Shown here: one piece after another, positions 32,284 through 44,271 of the stretch | Layout of the letters: each line of letters begins with the position of its first letter | How positions within the stretch are numbered: the stretch's first letter is position 1 | Origin: Fonticula alba ATCC 38817 | Lineage: Eukaryota > Protista > Nucleariida | Direction: 5' to 3' (one strand) | Assembly (NCBI GenBank): GCA_000388065.2 | Contig: KB932202.1 | DNA length: 64,000 bases | The notes under the pieces: model-generated | The model's database searches: none | What the model was told of the DNA's origin: nothing | Seen by the model: the letters and a program-made list of their open reading frames with translations, nothing else | Made by a program: the position numbers and the translations under genes

Positions 32284-33683
32284 ATGTCCAGCGCCAACAA
32301 CCCGTCCGGCAAGGCGGGCATGTCCTCTTCGGTCGCCGCCTCGGCCGGCTATGCCTACCGCTTCGCCAAGGGTAACAACCTTGCTTTCGGTCTCCTCGGT
32401 ATCCTGGGTGCCGGTATCTTCGGCGGCTACAAGCTCCTGAACGCCTCCATGTTCAACAGTGCGCCCGTGTCACTCTCCCTTCCCGTCCCTCCCCCCCCCC
32501 TTCACCGCCTTTCCTCCTTTCACTTTCTCCGGGCCGGTCCGACCCTCTGTCCACTTACCGTGTCCCTCTCGCGTCCGTCTCTTTCCACGCGAATGCGCCC
32601 ATCCTCCCCTCCCACCTCCCCCCGCCCCCTCGCCCGCAGTTGATGGTGGTCACCGCGGTGTCAAGTTCAGCCGTGTCCATGGTGTCGTGGATCATGTCTA
32701 CACCGAGGGTACCCACTTCCTGATCCCCTGGCTCGAGAAGATCACCATCTACGACGTTCGTGCCCGCCCCCGTCTCATTTCCTCGGTCACCGGCTCCAAG
32801 GGTACGCGCCGCCCGTGGCCACGTGTCGCGCTCTGCACATGCGCTGATTGCGTCGCCTACACCACCACCACCACCCCACGCATGCGTCTTTATCTCGCCC
32901 CCTTGTGGTCGCTTGCTTACATCCCGATAGATCTCCAGATGGTCAACATTTCCGTCCGTCTGCTGTCCAAGCCCAATGTTGAGGCGCTCAACCGTCTGCA
33001 CAGCACTCTCGGCCCGGACTACGATGAGCGTGTCCTCCCCTCGATTGCCAACGAGGTCCTCAAGAGTGTTGTCGCTCAGTTCAACGCTAACCAGCTGATC
33101 GTCAACCGTGAGACCGTCTCTTCTCTGGTCCGCAGCGCCCTCATCAACCGCGCTCGCCAGTTCAACATCATTCTGGATGATGTCGCCATCGTACGTGCTG
33201 TGCCCGGCCGGCACCATTGTCGCCACCTCCTCCTCTCCTGCTTTGGCCTTCCTCCCTTTCCGGCTCGCCCCGCCACACACACACGCACAGCCTGCTGACG
33301 AATCCGCATACACGCGCGCGCGCGCACACACACACACACAGACCCACATCACTTTCTCCCCCGAGTTCACTCGCGCCGTCGAGATGAAGCAGGTCGCCCA
33401 GCAGGATGCCGCTCGTGCCAGCTACATTGTCCAGCAGGCTCAGCAGGAGCGCCAGCAGATTGTCATCAAGGCTCAGGGAGAAGCCGGCGCCGCCAAGATG
33501 GTTGGTGAGGCTGTCAAGAACAACCCCAGTTTCCTGGAGCTCCGTCGCATCGAGGTCGCCCGTCAGATTGCCGAGGCCCTGCGCAACTCCTCCAACAAGG
33601 TCTACCTTGACTCCAGCACTCTGCTGCTCAACGTCAACCAGGGTAGCGATCTGTCCGCCTTCGAGAACCGCAACTCCAAGTAA
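32284..33683 (+). CDS. PHB2: Prohibitin-2 (SPFH/band 7), 4 exons
   Basis: Exons 32284-32458, 32640-32801, 32931-33190, 33342-33683. Motifs: [78 protein letters not shown]. Confidence 0.93.
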
Positions 33684-34481
33684 GGAAGCTGCTCCTGCTT
33701 CCCTCCTCCGATCTCTCCTCCTGCCCGCCCTCTCCTATTGGGTCAGAGGAGGCGAGGGGGGGAGGGGGGAGGGGGGAGGCCGACTGGCACCATGCACCGT
33801 TGCTCTCCCTCTCCTGCACCCATGCCCTAGATTCTCGCTCGTTTGCACGTGCGCGCTCGCGCGCCTATGCCCCCCTCCTCCCTTGCCCGCTGCCTGCAAC
33901 CGCGACAATCCCCGCGCCCACTCGCGTTCGCACACGCGCGCCGCATGTCCCTCTCCTCCTGCCTTGCCCACCCTTCTCTGCGAGAGAGACACCATATGTG
34001 CGTGGTCCCTCTTGCCACCTCCCCCCCCCCCCCCCCCCACGGTCCCCCTGCGAGGGGGGCGGGCCGTCCTCCTGACACCAGATCATATACTGATGTGCTT
34101 GCCCTCCCTCCTTTCATCGCTTGTCCGACCGCGGCGCGGGGGACAGGCTGCGCGGCGAGTGTGCTTTCCACCGCGGGATTGTCCCGGTCCTTCCCCCTCG
34201 CGTGCACGTTTCTACGTGTGCGGGCCGCTGTTCTTTCCTTCAATAAATACTCATCACTTCACATGGCGGCACACGGCCCACGGTATCGGCGCGCGGGGCA
34301 TCGCCCAATTGGGGAAAAGCAAAGCACAAAGGGACGGGGGAAAATATATTACAAGGACGAGGGGAAGGAGGAGAGAAAGGGAATACAGTGTAAAGGAGGA
34401 GGAGGGGGGGGGGGGGGACGAAAGAGGGGCGGAACCACCCCCAAGAGGGGGGAGAAGCAAAACGCCTTTCGGCCATGCCCG

Positions 34482-36521
34482 CTAATCCTTCTTGGTGGTG
34501 CTGGTGGCCGGCTGCGAGCCGGACGCAATCGCCGCCGCGGTCGACAGAACCGTCGGGTTGTTGAACCAGAAGGTGCCAGAGTCCTCGGCATCGCTGTCGC
34601 TGTCGCTATCGCTGCTGCTCGCCGAGGCCACTCGCTGGCGCTTGGCTTCGCCGGTCGGAGACCCCTGCCCGCCGGCAGTGGCCGAGCGCTTGGCCCCGGC
34701 GGCGCCGGTCGTCGCCCCGGCCACCGCGCTCCCACCGCCAGTCAGGAAAGCCTGCGCCGCCGAAACATTTGCCCGACCGCCAGCGCCGGTGGCCGCGGCG
34801 CGCACCTTCTCCGGCAGGGGGAGCGAAATGCGATCGCTCACCGCCGATGGCAGGGGGAGAGTGACTGCCGGAACCGGAGCAGGGAGGGCACCCTGGACCG
34901 ACCCGGTGCCGAAGGCCGCATTGGCCCAGAAGTCGATGTGCTCTTGCGAATGGCCGAGCGCCTGCCAGTAGGCACGCCACTGGGGCTCAGTCTCTGGGGC
35001 CTGGCTCTCCGGCGGGGTGGGCCCAGCAGGGGCGGAGGCCTTCTCTTGGCCATTGGCCGCCTGACGACTACGAACCGACTGGAACAGCTGCCGGAAGGCG
35101 CTATACTCATCGGTGGAAGCCTTGGATCCATGGCGCTCGAGCACTGCAGCCAGCAGCTGGCGCTCAGACATCTCAGCCAGCGCCTGGCGCACGCGGGGGT
35201 TCGGATCCTCATTGGCCCAGCGAATGTTGAGAACCTACAGGGGGCCAGGTGTCAGTCGAGGGGGGAGAGAAGGAAAGAAAGCAAGGAAGAGGGAAGGGGG
35301 AGAGAGGCTTCGATGAAAACCCAAGGAGAACCGAAAGATCCTGACGGACCTCATTGTCATCAAGCGACTGGTGGTGCATGGCCTCCTTGGCAAATTCGGC
35401 CGAGGCGCCCTTTTCATACCGGACGAAGGCAACGTCCTTGTCGCGAAGCACATTGACTGGTAGCAGAGGGGAAACAAGCGGACCGGCGGCGGGCCATCGA
35501 GGAAGTTGAAGAGACGGCAGCATGGGTCAGCCAAGGGACGGGGCAAATGAACACGCGGAAAGCGGGCACGGGGAGGAAAAGGGGGCCACGAACTGCTACT
35601 CAGTTTCCCATAGGCACTGAAGTGACGAAGAAGGACGTCCTCCGCGTTGCGGATGCCGCGCCCAGTGTGGACGCCGCCCACATAGAGGGTCCGGTTGTCG
35701 CCTTCGAAGGAGCCGACACCACCGCGGTCCTGCCGCTGGAGGAAGTGCTTCTCACGGCCGAAGCAATCGTACATGTTGTCCTCCTTGAAGTTCTCGCCAG
35801 GGACATTGTGCAGGTACCCGCAGTCGCCGCCCTTGTCGCAGCAGCCGCTATCAGACGATGAGGAGAGAGAGAGAGAGGGGGGGGGGGGAGTCAAGAGGGA
35901 AGACGTGTTAGCAGGCGCGGGTCAAAGAAGAAGGAGAGGGAGGGGGAGGGGGAGATGAGAGTGGCGCGCAATCTCGACGACGTACTGGGCATAGTCGAGG
36001 CAGATGAAGGCGTGGGAATTGTATGAGCCCTTGGTGAGACCCGAATCCAGGGCAACGTCGATGCGCGTGGAGGCTAGCTCTCGACGGCCACCGTGCGTCC
36101 CGGCGAAGCCACCACCATGGCGATTGTAGAAGATGTTGTAGCCGGTGGTGCCGTCCGGCGCGCGATCCATCGCCGCGCGACGTTCATTCTCCCACGAGGC
36201 CGCCTTGAGGGGGGGGGGGGGGGAGGGGGGACAAAGGTAAGGAAAGAGGCTCGGGAGCATGGTGCAGAAACGGCGAGCGTGGAGGAGGGCGGTAGGGGCC
36301 GGAGGGAGGCGACCGGATATGCGAACCTGCTTGCGAGCCGGGCGGCTGGTCACCAGAGTCGGGTGAAGATTCAGCGCGGTGGAACGGCCGCCAGATGGAG
36401 CAGCAGTAGCGGCGGCCGACTGGCCGCTGTTGGGCGACACAGCAGCAGCAGCGGGGGTGGGGGGTTGGGCATTGGCAGAGACACTGGCGGCCGCCTGGTC
36501 ATTGTTGGAAGAGGAAGACAT
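34482..36521 (-). CDS. CWC2: Pre-mRNA splicing factor Cwc2/Cwf2 (Torus + CCCH zinc finger + RRM), 5 exons
   Basis: Exons 36521-36327, 36203-35986, 35847-35594, 35456-35350, 35234-34482. Motifs: RPARKQ, YNIFYNR, CLDYAHGCCDKGGDCGYLH, DCFGREK, GGVGSF..NRTLYVGG, AEFAKEAM, IRWANEDPNP. Confidence 0.9.
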
Positions 36522-36534
36522 TTTTGGCGCAGGG

Positions 36535-36577
<43 letters not shown>

Positions 36578-38044
36578 CGAGGGAAGGATGAAGGAGCTTG
36601 CTCCCGAAAGAGTGCCGATGTGCAGGGCGGGGCGAAATGCACGCGGGCAACCACACTGAGGCGTAGAGAGGTGCAGGGGGGGGGGAGGCAAGAGGTCGAC
36701 AGAGGGGGAGGCAGGGGCGCCAGTGTGGGGGGAGGGAGAGAGAGAGGGGAAGGTTTGGAGGAGTGTCCTCACAAGTGAGATCAGCCCAGGCAAAGGGGTC
36801 CGAAAAGGACCCGGGCATCCGCGACGGCCCGAGAGGAAGAGACACTTGGAGCGTGCACCGGGGGGGGGGGGGGCGGGAGAGAAGCGGGCGCGCCCGTCCG
36901 GCGGCGGTTGTCCGCTGTCGAGGCCCGCTCAGCGTTGGGAGTGCCGTTGGTATGTGTGGGCGTGATCATCAGCTGCGTGACTGGCTGATTGGAATTTCGC
37001 CTCCTTGCCCGTGAACCCGGTGAGCCGTGAGCCGGCCTCCGGTGTGTCTCCGGGTCCCGGGGGTCGGCGGCGCGTCTGCCGCGGGCTGGGGCACCTCGTG
37101 AAGAAAACGGCCCAACAGCCCCTGTCTGCGAGGGAGGCCGCGGGGAGTGTACCCCCCCCCCTCCCCCCAAGCAGCGCTCAGGCCCAGGGGCGTGGTTGCT
37201 GGGCTCTTTTTTAGGTTCAGCCGCCAACGCAACGGGACGGACTGCATTCATGCAGCCAGGCCCAGACAAATAACTCGGTGCCCCCCTCTCCCCCCCCCCC
37301 CCCCCCCCCGGGCAAGTCCGCGCGGTGGGGACTCGGCGCCGGAGAGGCGCATGGCGCCCGGCTCATTGGCATAATTGTGGACGTTGTAGGATTGAAAACA
37401 CGGCCATGACCTGGGCGGGCAAGGAGGGGGGGCGGGGGACTTGAAGGTGGCTTTCCTCCCGAGGAAGAGACACACATCTCCCTGAGGCGCGGGGGCGGCG
37501 GGGGGGGGGGGGGGGGTAAGGACCAGCCATCCTCGGCCGACAGGGGGAAGGTCGCGCGGCGGCCATAAAATCGACGGCCTGGGATTTCCTCCCCATTGAT
37601 GGCCCGAACACTCACGCACGACTAGCACACCGAAGGAGCGGGGGCCCATCCAGAGATCCGCATCTATTCTGGCGGTTTCATCCCTCTCTCAGTCGGCGGA
37701 TAACGATCTGGTCCCTGGATTAGCCCCCTCGCCGCGCTCCCCGGGCGGACCATGGCCTCGCCTGCGACAACATGCCAGTCGCTCGCCCGGACAGATCCCA
37801 GGGGACCGGTCCCCGAAAAGAGTCCTGCCCGGGCTCCCTTTGGGGCCGGTCTCCTGTCCACCACCTTGCCACTATTGGGTGACTTTTCCACACACGCGCC
37901 CCCCCCCCCCTCACACCACCCCGGCCCCCAGGCCCGACATACCTCCCCCTCTTTGCCTCTTCCCCCCTCCTCCTCCTCCCCCCTCATCTGCCCATCTTCT
38001 CCCTCCCAGCACACGCACACACACGCACGCAGCCTGCCATTGCC

Positions 38045-41000
38045 ATGTCTGCCGCCACGGTCCCGGAGGCTGGGGTTGCCGCGGTTCCCCCATCGCCAGC
38101 TGGTGGTGTCTTCGGCCTTGGTGCGCCCTCGTCAGCCACGGAGGCCAGCCTCTTTCCCCCTCTTCCCGAGGCGCCGGCGCCGGGATTTGTGATCCAGGTT
38201 CAGCCCCACTCGTTTTTGGTCCAGCGCGTCCCAGAGGCCTCGTCAGCCACGGCACGCAGCAGCCTTGTCACCCCGACCTTGTTCATCCCGCGACTGTCGA
38301 AGACAGCTCGCAATGGGCAGGCCACCGGCCCCGATCCGCCGTCCATCTTCCCCATGCCCTACCTTGATGTGGCCCACTCGTCTGAGGCCGCGGCCGACCC
38401 TACCTTCCTGGTTTACGGCCTTCTCGGGACGTATCAGCTCCTGCGCACGCGGTACTTGGTGTGTGCCTAACTGCGGCCTGGCTCCCAAGTGTGCTCTCTC
38501 TCTCTCTCCCTCTCGCTCAGGTGAAATGCTGCTGACATCTTGCCCCTGTCTATTGCTTCCCCCCCCCCCCCGGACTCCCCTTTCTCCGTTTGTCACATTG
38601 CAAAGGGTGTCGTCACTTCCGCCAATGTGGTGGCTGTCCTCCCATCGGCCACTGGTGGCGTGAGCCTCGTGCTGACTGCTCGGTCGGTGTCGCTGCTGTC
38701 CTTCGATCCGGATCTGCCTGCATTCCATTCGGCTGCGGCCGGCCGCGACGCGGCGGCCATGTTCGACTCCAGTGACTCCTTCAGTGTCACCCAAATGGGA
38801 GACGCCCGCAATCGGGCGCCCCGCAGCTTCCCCCTCAATTTGGAAGCCTCCTTCTCGCACTTCCTGGAGCAATCCGGCTTTGTGGCCCCGGGCGCCAATG
38901 TAGAGGGCACAGGAGCGGAGCTCCCACCGGCCGGCCCCGGTGGATCTCAGCCTCTGTCACGGTCCAACACCACCGGCTCGCGCATCGCCTCCTTCATCAC
39001 CACCTCGGCCGATTTGTCCTCGCGCACCATTGCTGCCACGGCCAAAACCGTCGGTAGTGCGGGGGCCTCTTCGGCCAGTTTCCTTACTGGGGTGTTTGGG
39101 CGCAGTAGCTCAAACACCCCTTCCGCCAGTCGGCCTGCATCCTCCGCGCCACGCGCCGCCCCCCCGCCGGCCGTGCCGCTGGCCACTCTCGATGCCCATC
39201 TTCCGGATTTACTGCGCCCGGCAGTTCCCCCGACGGTGACGTTGGCGTCGAACCCGGCGGCTGACATCGACCGGCTCCCTGCCCTCGAGGCACCGGACAT
39301 CCGGTTCCTGACCCTGGCATCTCTCAGTGACCATGATGCCCGAGCCATGGAGCGCATCGCCCGGCTGCTGACCTCCGGGTCGGCCATCTTCACCCTGCAC
39401 CCGGTTGCGGTGCGCGACTTGGCTGACCTCGATCGCGCCGTGCAGGCGGAATATGACGACCTCACTCGGTCCATGCAGAGCCGACTCACCCGGCCCTCTC
39501 GGGGCCGTGTGGCTGGCGATGATGCCTTCTGTATGAATGCCGCGTCGCTGATGCTGCTGGTGGACCCTTGCTCGGGGGATTCCGAGCGCCGGCGCATTTC
39601 GATGAGCCCCTTCTGCATTCGCCTGGTCCATGGGTTTGCCCAGTCGTCGGTGCGCATGGTTTTTCCCTGCCGGCCGGGGGAGGAGGGGGGGGGGGGGGGT
39701 CGCTCCCTTTTCCCGCGTATCTTCCAACTAACCATGATCCATGTGCCCTCGGGAAGACTGTGACCCTTTCCGGCGTTGTGCTGGTGGTGTCACTCCATGC
39801 GCGCAAGCATTCCGGCCGGCCAGGGCTCCGGTACCAGCGTCGGGGCAGTGACCTGGCCGGTAATGTGGCCAACTTCGTGGAGTCCGAGATGCGCATCGCA
39901 CGGCTAGCCAGCACCGGGGCCCCGACCACCGCCTCGGGCGCTAATGTGGTGGATTCCCCTCCCTCCGAATGGCTGATCGCCTCGCACGTGCAAATTCGCG
40001 GCTCCATTCCCCTCCTTTGGACCCAGCCGCCTCAGCACAAGCTGGAACTCCGGCCGGCCATCAATGTCTCCTCCAGCTGGGACTCCTGCTCGGCCGTGTG
40101 TCGAAAGCACTTCGAGTGGCTGGTACGCGCCTCCTGCCCTGCGTCCTCCCATACAGTCCCTCGACTCTCTTGCCCCACAACCTGCCGCTGGTCTGACCCA
40201 TCTATGCGCTGTAGAAAACCCGCCACAACAACATTGTTTGCGTGAATCTCGTGGACAAGGAGGGCCGTGAGAAGCAGCTCGGTGAGCACTTTGGTCGCCA
40301 TCTCAGTCAAATTGCCACCCCCGGCGTGAGGTATGCGGCGGACCCCTCTCGCCCCCTTTGCTCCTGCCCGGGTGGATAGACTCACCAGCATGTGGTACAT
40401 GGAAATTGACGACCCGCCTGCCCGATCACACAGCTACGAGGCCTTCGACTTCCATGCGGAGTGCCGAGGTGGGCGCTTCGGCAACATCGACCGACTCATC
40501 GACCGGATCGAGAAACGCGCCCTGGCTGACCATGGGTTCTTCTGTCTGCGCGTGCGGGTCCCGGCCCGCGCGACCACCGTGGCCGACATCGAGGCCGCCA
40601 TTCTCAGCCATCAGCAAGGGGTTGTCCGGACGAATTGCATCGACTGCTTGGATCGCACCAATGTCCTCCAGGCGTCGGTGGCCTCGCGCTTGTTCACGCG
40701 GGCCTTTGTTCACGGGCACATCTTGCCCACCCTGTCGTCTGTCTCGCGTGATGCCCTGCTCAGTGCGGACAATGCGGCCATCATCGAGCGCCAGATTCAC
40801 CAGATGGCCCTCGCCACCGGCGGAGCGCAGGACTTCGCTGATACTCGCTATGCGAATGGCTCCCCGGCCTCGGAGCCTGGCGATGATACCGTCACCCCGA
40901 GCGAGAGTGAGGCAGACACGGACTCGGAGGATGAACTCAGTACACCGGTGCTTCGGCAGCGGCGCCTCCGGCAGCAGCATCGCCAGCAGCTGTTGGACTC

Positions 41001-41369
41001 TGAGCCAGGGTCGCCTGGTGGCGATGAGCTGACATCCCTGGTCGCGGTGGACTCCCGGTCAGTGAATGCCCCGGTACCGACTGCCGGGCGTCCGGCCTCT
41101 GCTCTTCGGTCGCTGCCTCTGGGGTCGCACTTTGATGCCCTTCTGGCGGCCATTTGGGCTGACCATGGAGATGCTCTGAGTCGGGCGTATGCCGGTACAG
41201 CCGCCCTCAAGGGCGACTTCACACGCACTGGGCGTCGGACTACCTCCGGCCGGATGACCGACGGCGTCAACAGCATGACGCGCATGTATCGCAATGCCTT
41301 CATCGACTCCGACCTGCAGAATCTATATGGTACGTGCCCTGTCTGCGCGCGCATGTCCCCCGCCACACA

Positions 41370-41441
<72 letters not shown>

Positions 41442-42632
41442 CACGTATATGCCACACTCGCCATCTGAACACGCGGTCCCTCGCCCTGGCTCTCGATGCC
41501 AACAGGGCTGTCACTTGCCTATCTCCTGCTTACCCTCCTCCCTCCCTCCGGTCCCCCGGTATTCCCCCCTCCTCGCAGACTATATCTATGGTCGGCAGTC
41601 ATGTGAGGTGTTCTTGCCACAGGCGGCGCCCTCGCCCTCTCTCTCGTCGCTGGGCCTGCGCGAGCGCACTGCCTCTAGTAGCAGCACGGCCCCGATTGCG
41701 GCCTCGGAGACAAGCGCCGAGCACACCGCACTTCTTTCGGCAACCGGTAACAAAGTGAACGCCAAGATGGCCTTCTCGCCGGAAACCCAGCAAATCGAGG
41801 ACCCCTTCGTCAATGTCTACAAGTGCGTATCGCCCTCCGGCGCCGGCTCTTCCTGTTGCCACTTCCTCGGGACATTTGTGCCTGCTTCTCCCAGCCATTG
41901 ACGCGCCACCCTCCTTGCTAAAAATTGAAAAAAAAAAAAAAAAAACATAGGCCCTGGCTTGAGGAGGGCGAGGTGGCCCTTTTCTCGTTCCTGGTCTACC
42001 AATTGGCCACACGCTTTGATGACCCAGCCAACTTCGCGACCGCCGAGCCGACTCTCACTTCGCGCATTCTCGTAGCCACGGACTGTGCACTGTTGCTGTT
42101 TGGCACGCCTCCCGGGCACCTGCCGGGTGGTCGCCCCCCTCCGCCCGAGCGTATTGACCTCCGCACGATCATCGCGTGTCTGCCCTCCCGGCCGCTTCTG
42201 GCGCGCCATGCGCCCGGGTCCGGGCCCCACAATGCCGATGACTCGCTCGCTGACTCGCCGAGCATCTCCCACTCGCTACAGTGTCTGCTCATGGACCAGA
42301 ATGGGTCCGGTGGCGACAGCCAAGCGGAATGCTCCAGCGCCAGCACCCCGGGCACCGACCGGGTGGACGTCAACATCCTGCTCATCACTGGGGATGACCA
42401 TCCGGGAGGTATCGAGCAGGCGGCCTTGCTTCTGGCCCTGGAGGCGGAAGTCGAGCATCACCGCGCCATGCTGAATGCACCTCGGCAGGATGGTGGAGCA
42501 GGACAGGCGGACTCGGAGCCGGCTCCGGTCGCGCCGTCCAGCTGCCTGGACATGCCCGGCATCCGCCGGCTATCTCTCTCACGGCTGTCCTTCTCGGAGG
42601 CCGAGCGTCTACTCAAGCACATCCAGATCTAG
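38045..42632 (+). CDS. SAC-domain phosphoinositide phosphatase, probably Sac2/INPP5F-like (7 exons)
   Basis: Exons 38045-38458, 38606-39649, 39757-40122, 40215-40330, 40434-41329, 41579-41822, 41951-42632 all join in frame. Motifs: RYQRRG...GNVANFVESE, QIRGSIPLLWTQ, AFDFHAEC, catalytic RTNCIDCLDRTNV, WADHGDALSRAYAGT.ALKGDFTRTG. No C-terminal transmembrane pair. Confidence 0.88.
41371..41442 (+). repeat. (GCAC)n tetranucleotide microsatellite, ~18 copies, intronic
   Basis: Perfect tandem GCAC run inside intron 41330-41578 of the SAC gene. Confidence 0.9.
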
Positions 42633-43201
42633 AGGGGAGTTGCGCACGCGCACAATCGTGCATGTGTGTGTGTGTGTATGTGTGTGCCGCATGTGCTTCC
42701 CTACACACATCCATGGCCCAGGAAGTGCCAATAGACACATAGATTGTCCCGGACCTTGCTTTGTTACCTTTGGTCCCTTGCTTTGTGCGCTCATGTCCCC
42801 CTGCTCCCGCCGCCTATCTTTCTCCCTCTCGGAGTTTGCCTGTCGTGGGAAGGCGCGTCGGCGCGTGCCGAGGGGGAGGCGGAGAATGCTGATGCGTTGG
42901 CACATGGGAACAGGTGAAGCATGGCCCGCGATCTGGGGTCCATGCGCGCGCGTGCGCGCGCGCGCGCGCGCCGAAAAAAGGGCCAGGGCTATGGGCCCCG
43001 CCCGGGGGACCGGCGAGCAACACTGCTCTTGGGGCGGCGACATGGCAGGTGGGAAAGCGTCCATTCAACATTTCCCTTCCCTTCCTCGCTGCACACATAC
43101 GTGCACCGCACACACGCCCACACACCCTTTCCTGTGTCCCCCCCCCCCCTCCCTCTCTCTCCTTTTTATCTCCTCCCTCCACGCCTGGTCCAAACCTGCA
43201 A

Positions 43202-43996
43202 ATGAAGCCCACCAAGGTGGCGAAGCCCAGCGACAAGTCCGCTGCAAAGGCCAAGAAGGCTGCCCCGCCTGCTGGTAAGGACGCCAAGATTGACGGGTTC
43301 TTGGATGACATCTTCAAGAGCGTCTCCTCCAAGGCCAAGCCTCAGGCAACAGCGCAGCCCACCCCCGGCACGAATGATCTCGATGCCTTCCTCGATGCTG
43401 AGGACCCCGAGGAGGGCGTCGAGCTGACCGATGCCGAGAAGAAGGCCAAGAAGATGCTGATCGCTCGGAGTCTTTCTAGGATCTCCTCCGGGACAAAGGA
43501 AAGCGCGGAGACCTTGCTGAAGAAGGCCACCGGGAGTAAGACCGACAAGACCGGTCCTGATGACGATGGGTTTGCCGACAGTCGCGGTAGCCGTCAGCAA
43601 GGTGCGTTTGTGTGGGTGTGGGTGGGTGTGTCCGTGTGTGTGTGTCACTCTTTTGGAGGGCTGACAACCATGGCCAGGCCATTCTGCAATGGTGGTAGGC
43701 TAACATCTCGCTGTGGCTCACTTCTCACCCTTTCTCCTCGATCCCCTCGGCGATGTACACACACGCACACATGCATACATATAGGACGTTCCTTCACCGA
43801 GGATGGCTATCCGATTTACACTCCCGACGAGCTTGGCCTCGGCAAGGGCGGTGGTACGCTCGCATGACATACTTCGCGTCATTTATTGCGCAATGCAGAG
43901 CACCCATACGCCGACACACACATACACACACCGCCCACTGACCGGTTGAACCCAGACACCGAGGACTGTCCGATCGACTGCGATTGCTGCTTCTAG
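43202..43996 (+). CDS. DUF1764-family eukaryotic protein (3 exons)
   Basis: Exons 43202-43601, 43785-43853, 43956-43996 give a Lys-rich protein with LDDIF, DDDGFADSRG, FTEDGYPIYTPDELGLGKGGDTEDCPIDCDCCF*, the characteristic DUF1764 C-terminus. Confidence 0.85.
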
Positions 43997-44271
43997 GCCA
44001 CTTCCGGGTGGCCAACTGTCTCGCGCTTCCAGGGACCCACAAACTTGCCAGCCAGCACAAACACACCACAACAGAACAAACAATACCCTCTACAGGTGAC
44101 ATGGCATGTTGGATTGGGCATGTGGTAAAGCCACCGCTGACGCTCCTGGCCCGGTTATCGTGGCACAGGATCGCCCGAAGCACACCATGCCCAATGGTGC
44201 ATGAGAGGAGCGGGGGGGGGGGGGGGGAACAAGGAAACGGACAAGTAGGCGGGTGGGGGATGGAGGGTGCT

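Noticed and set aside
40281-40433. Apparent frame conflict in the SAC gene suggesting a frameshift
   Set aside because: Resolved by an ordinary intron 40331-40433 (GTATGC...CAG), giving ...PGVSYEAFDFHAEC.
41371-41442. Regular repeat array considered as CRISPR-like or minisatellite element
   Set aside because: It is a simple (GCAC)n microsatellite with no spacers, inside a eukaryotic intron.
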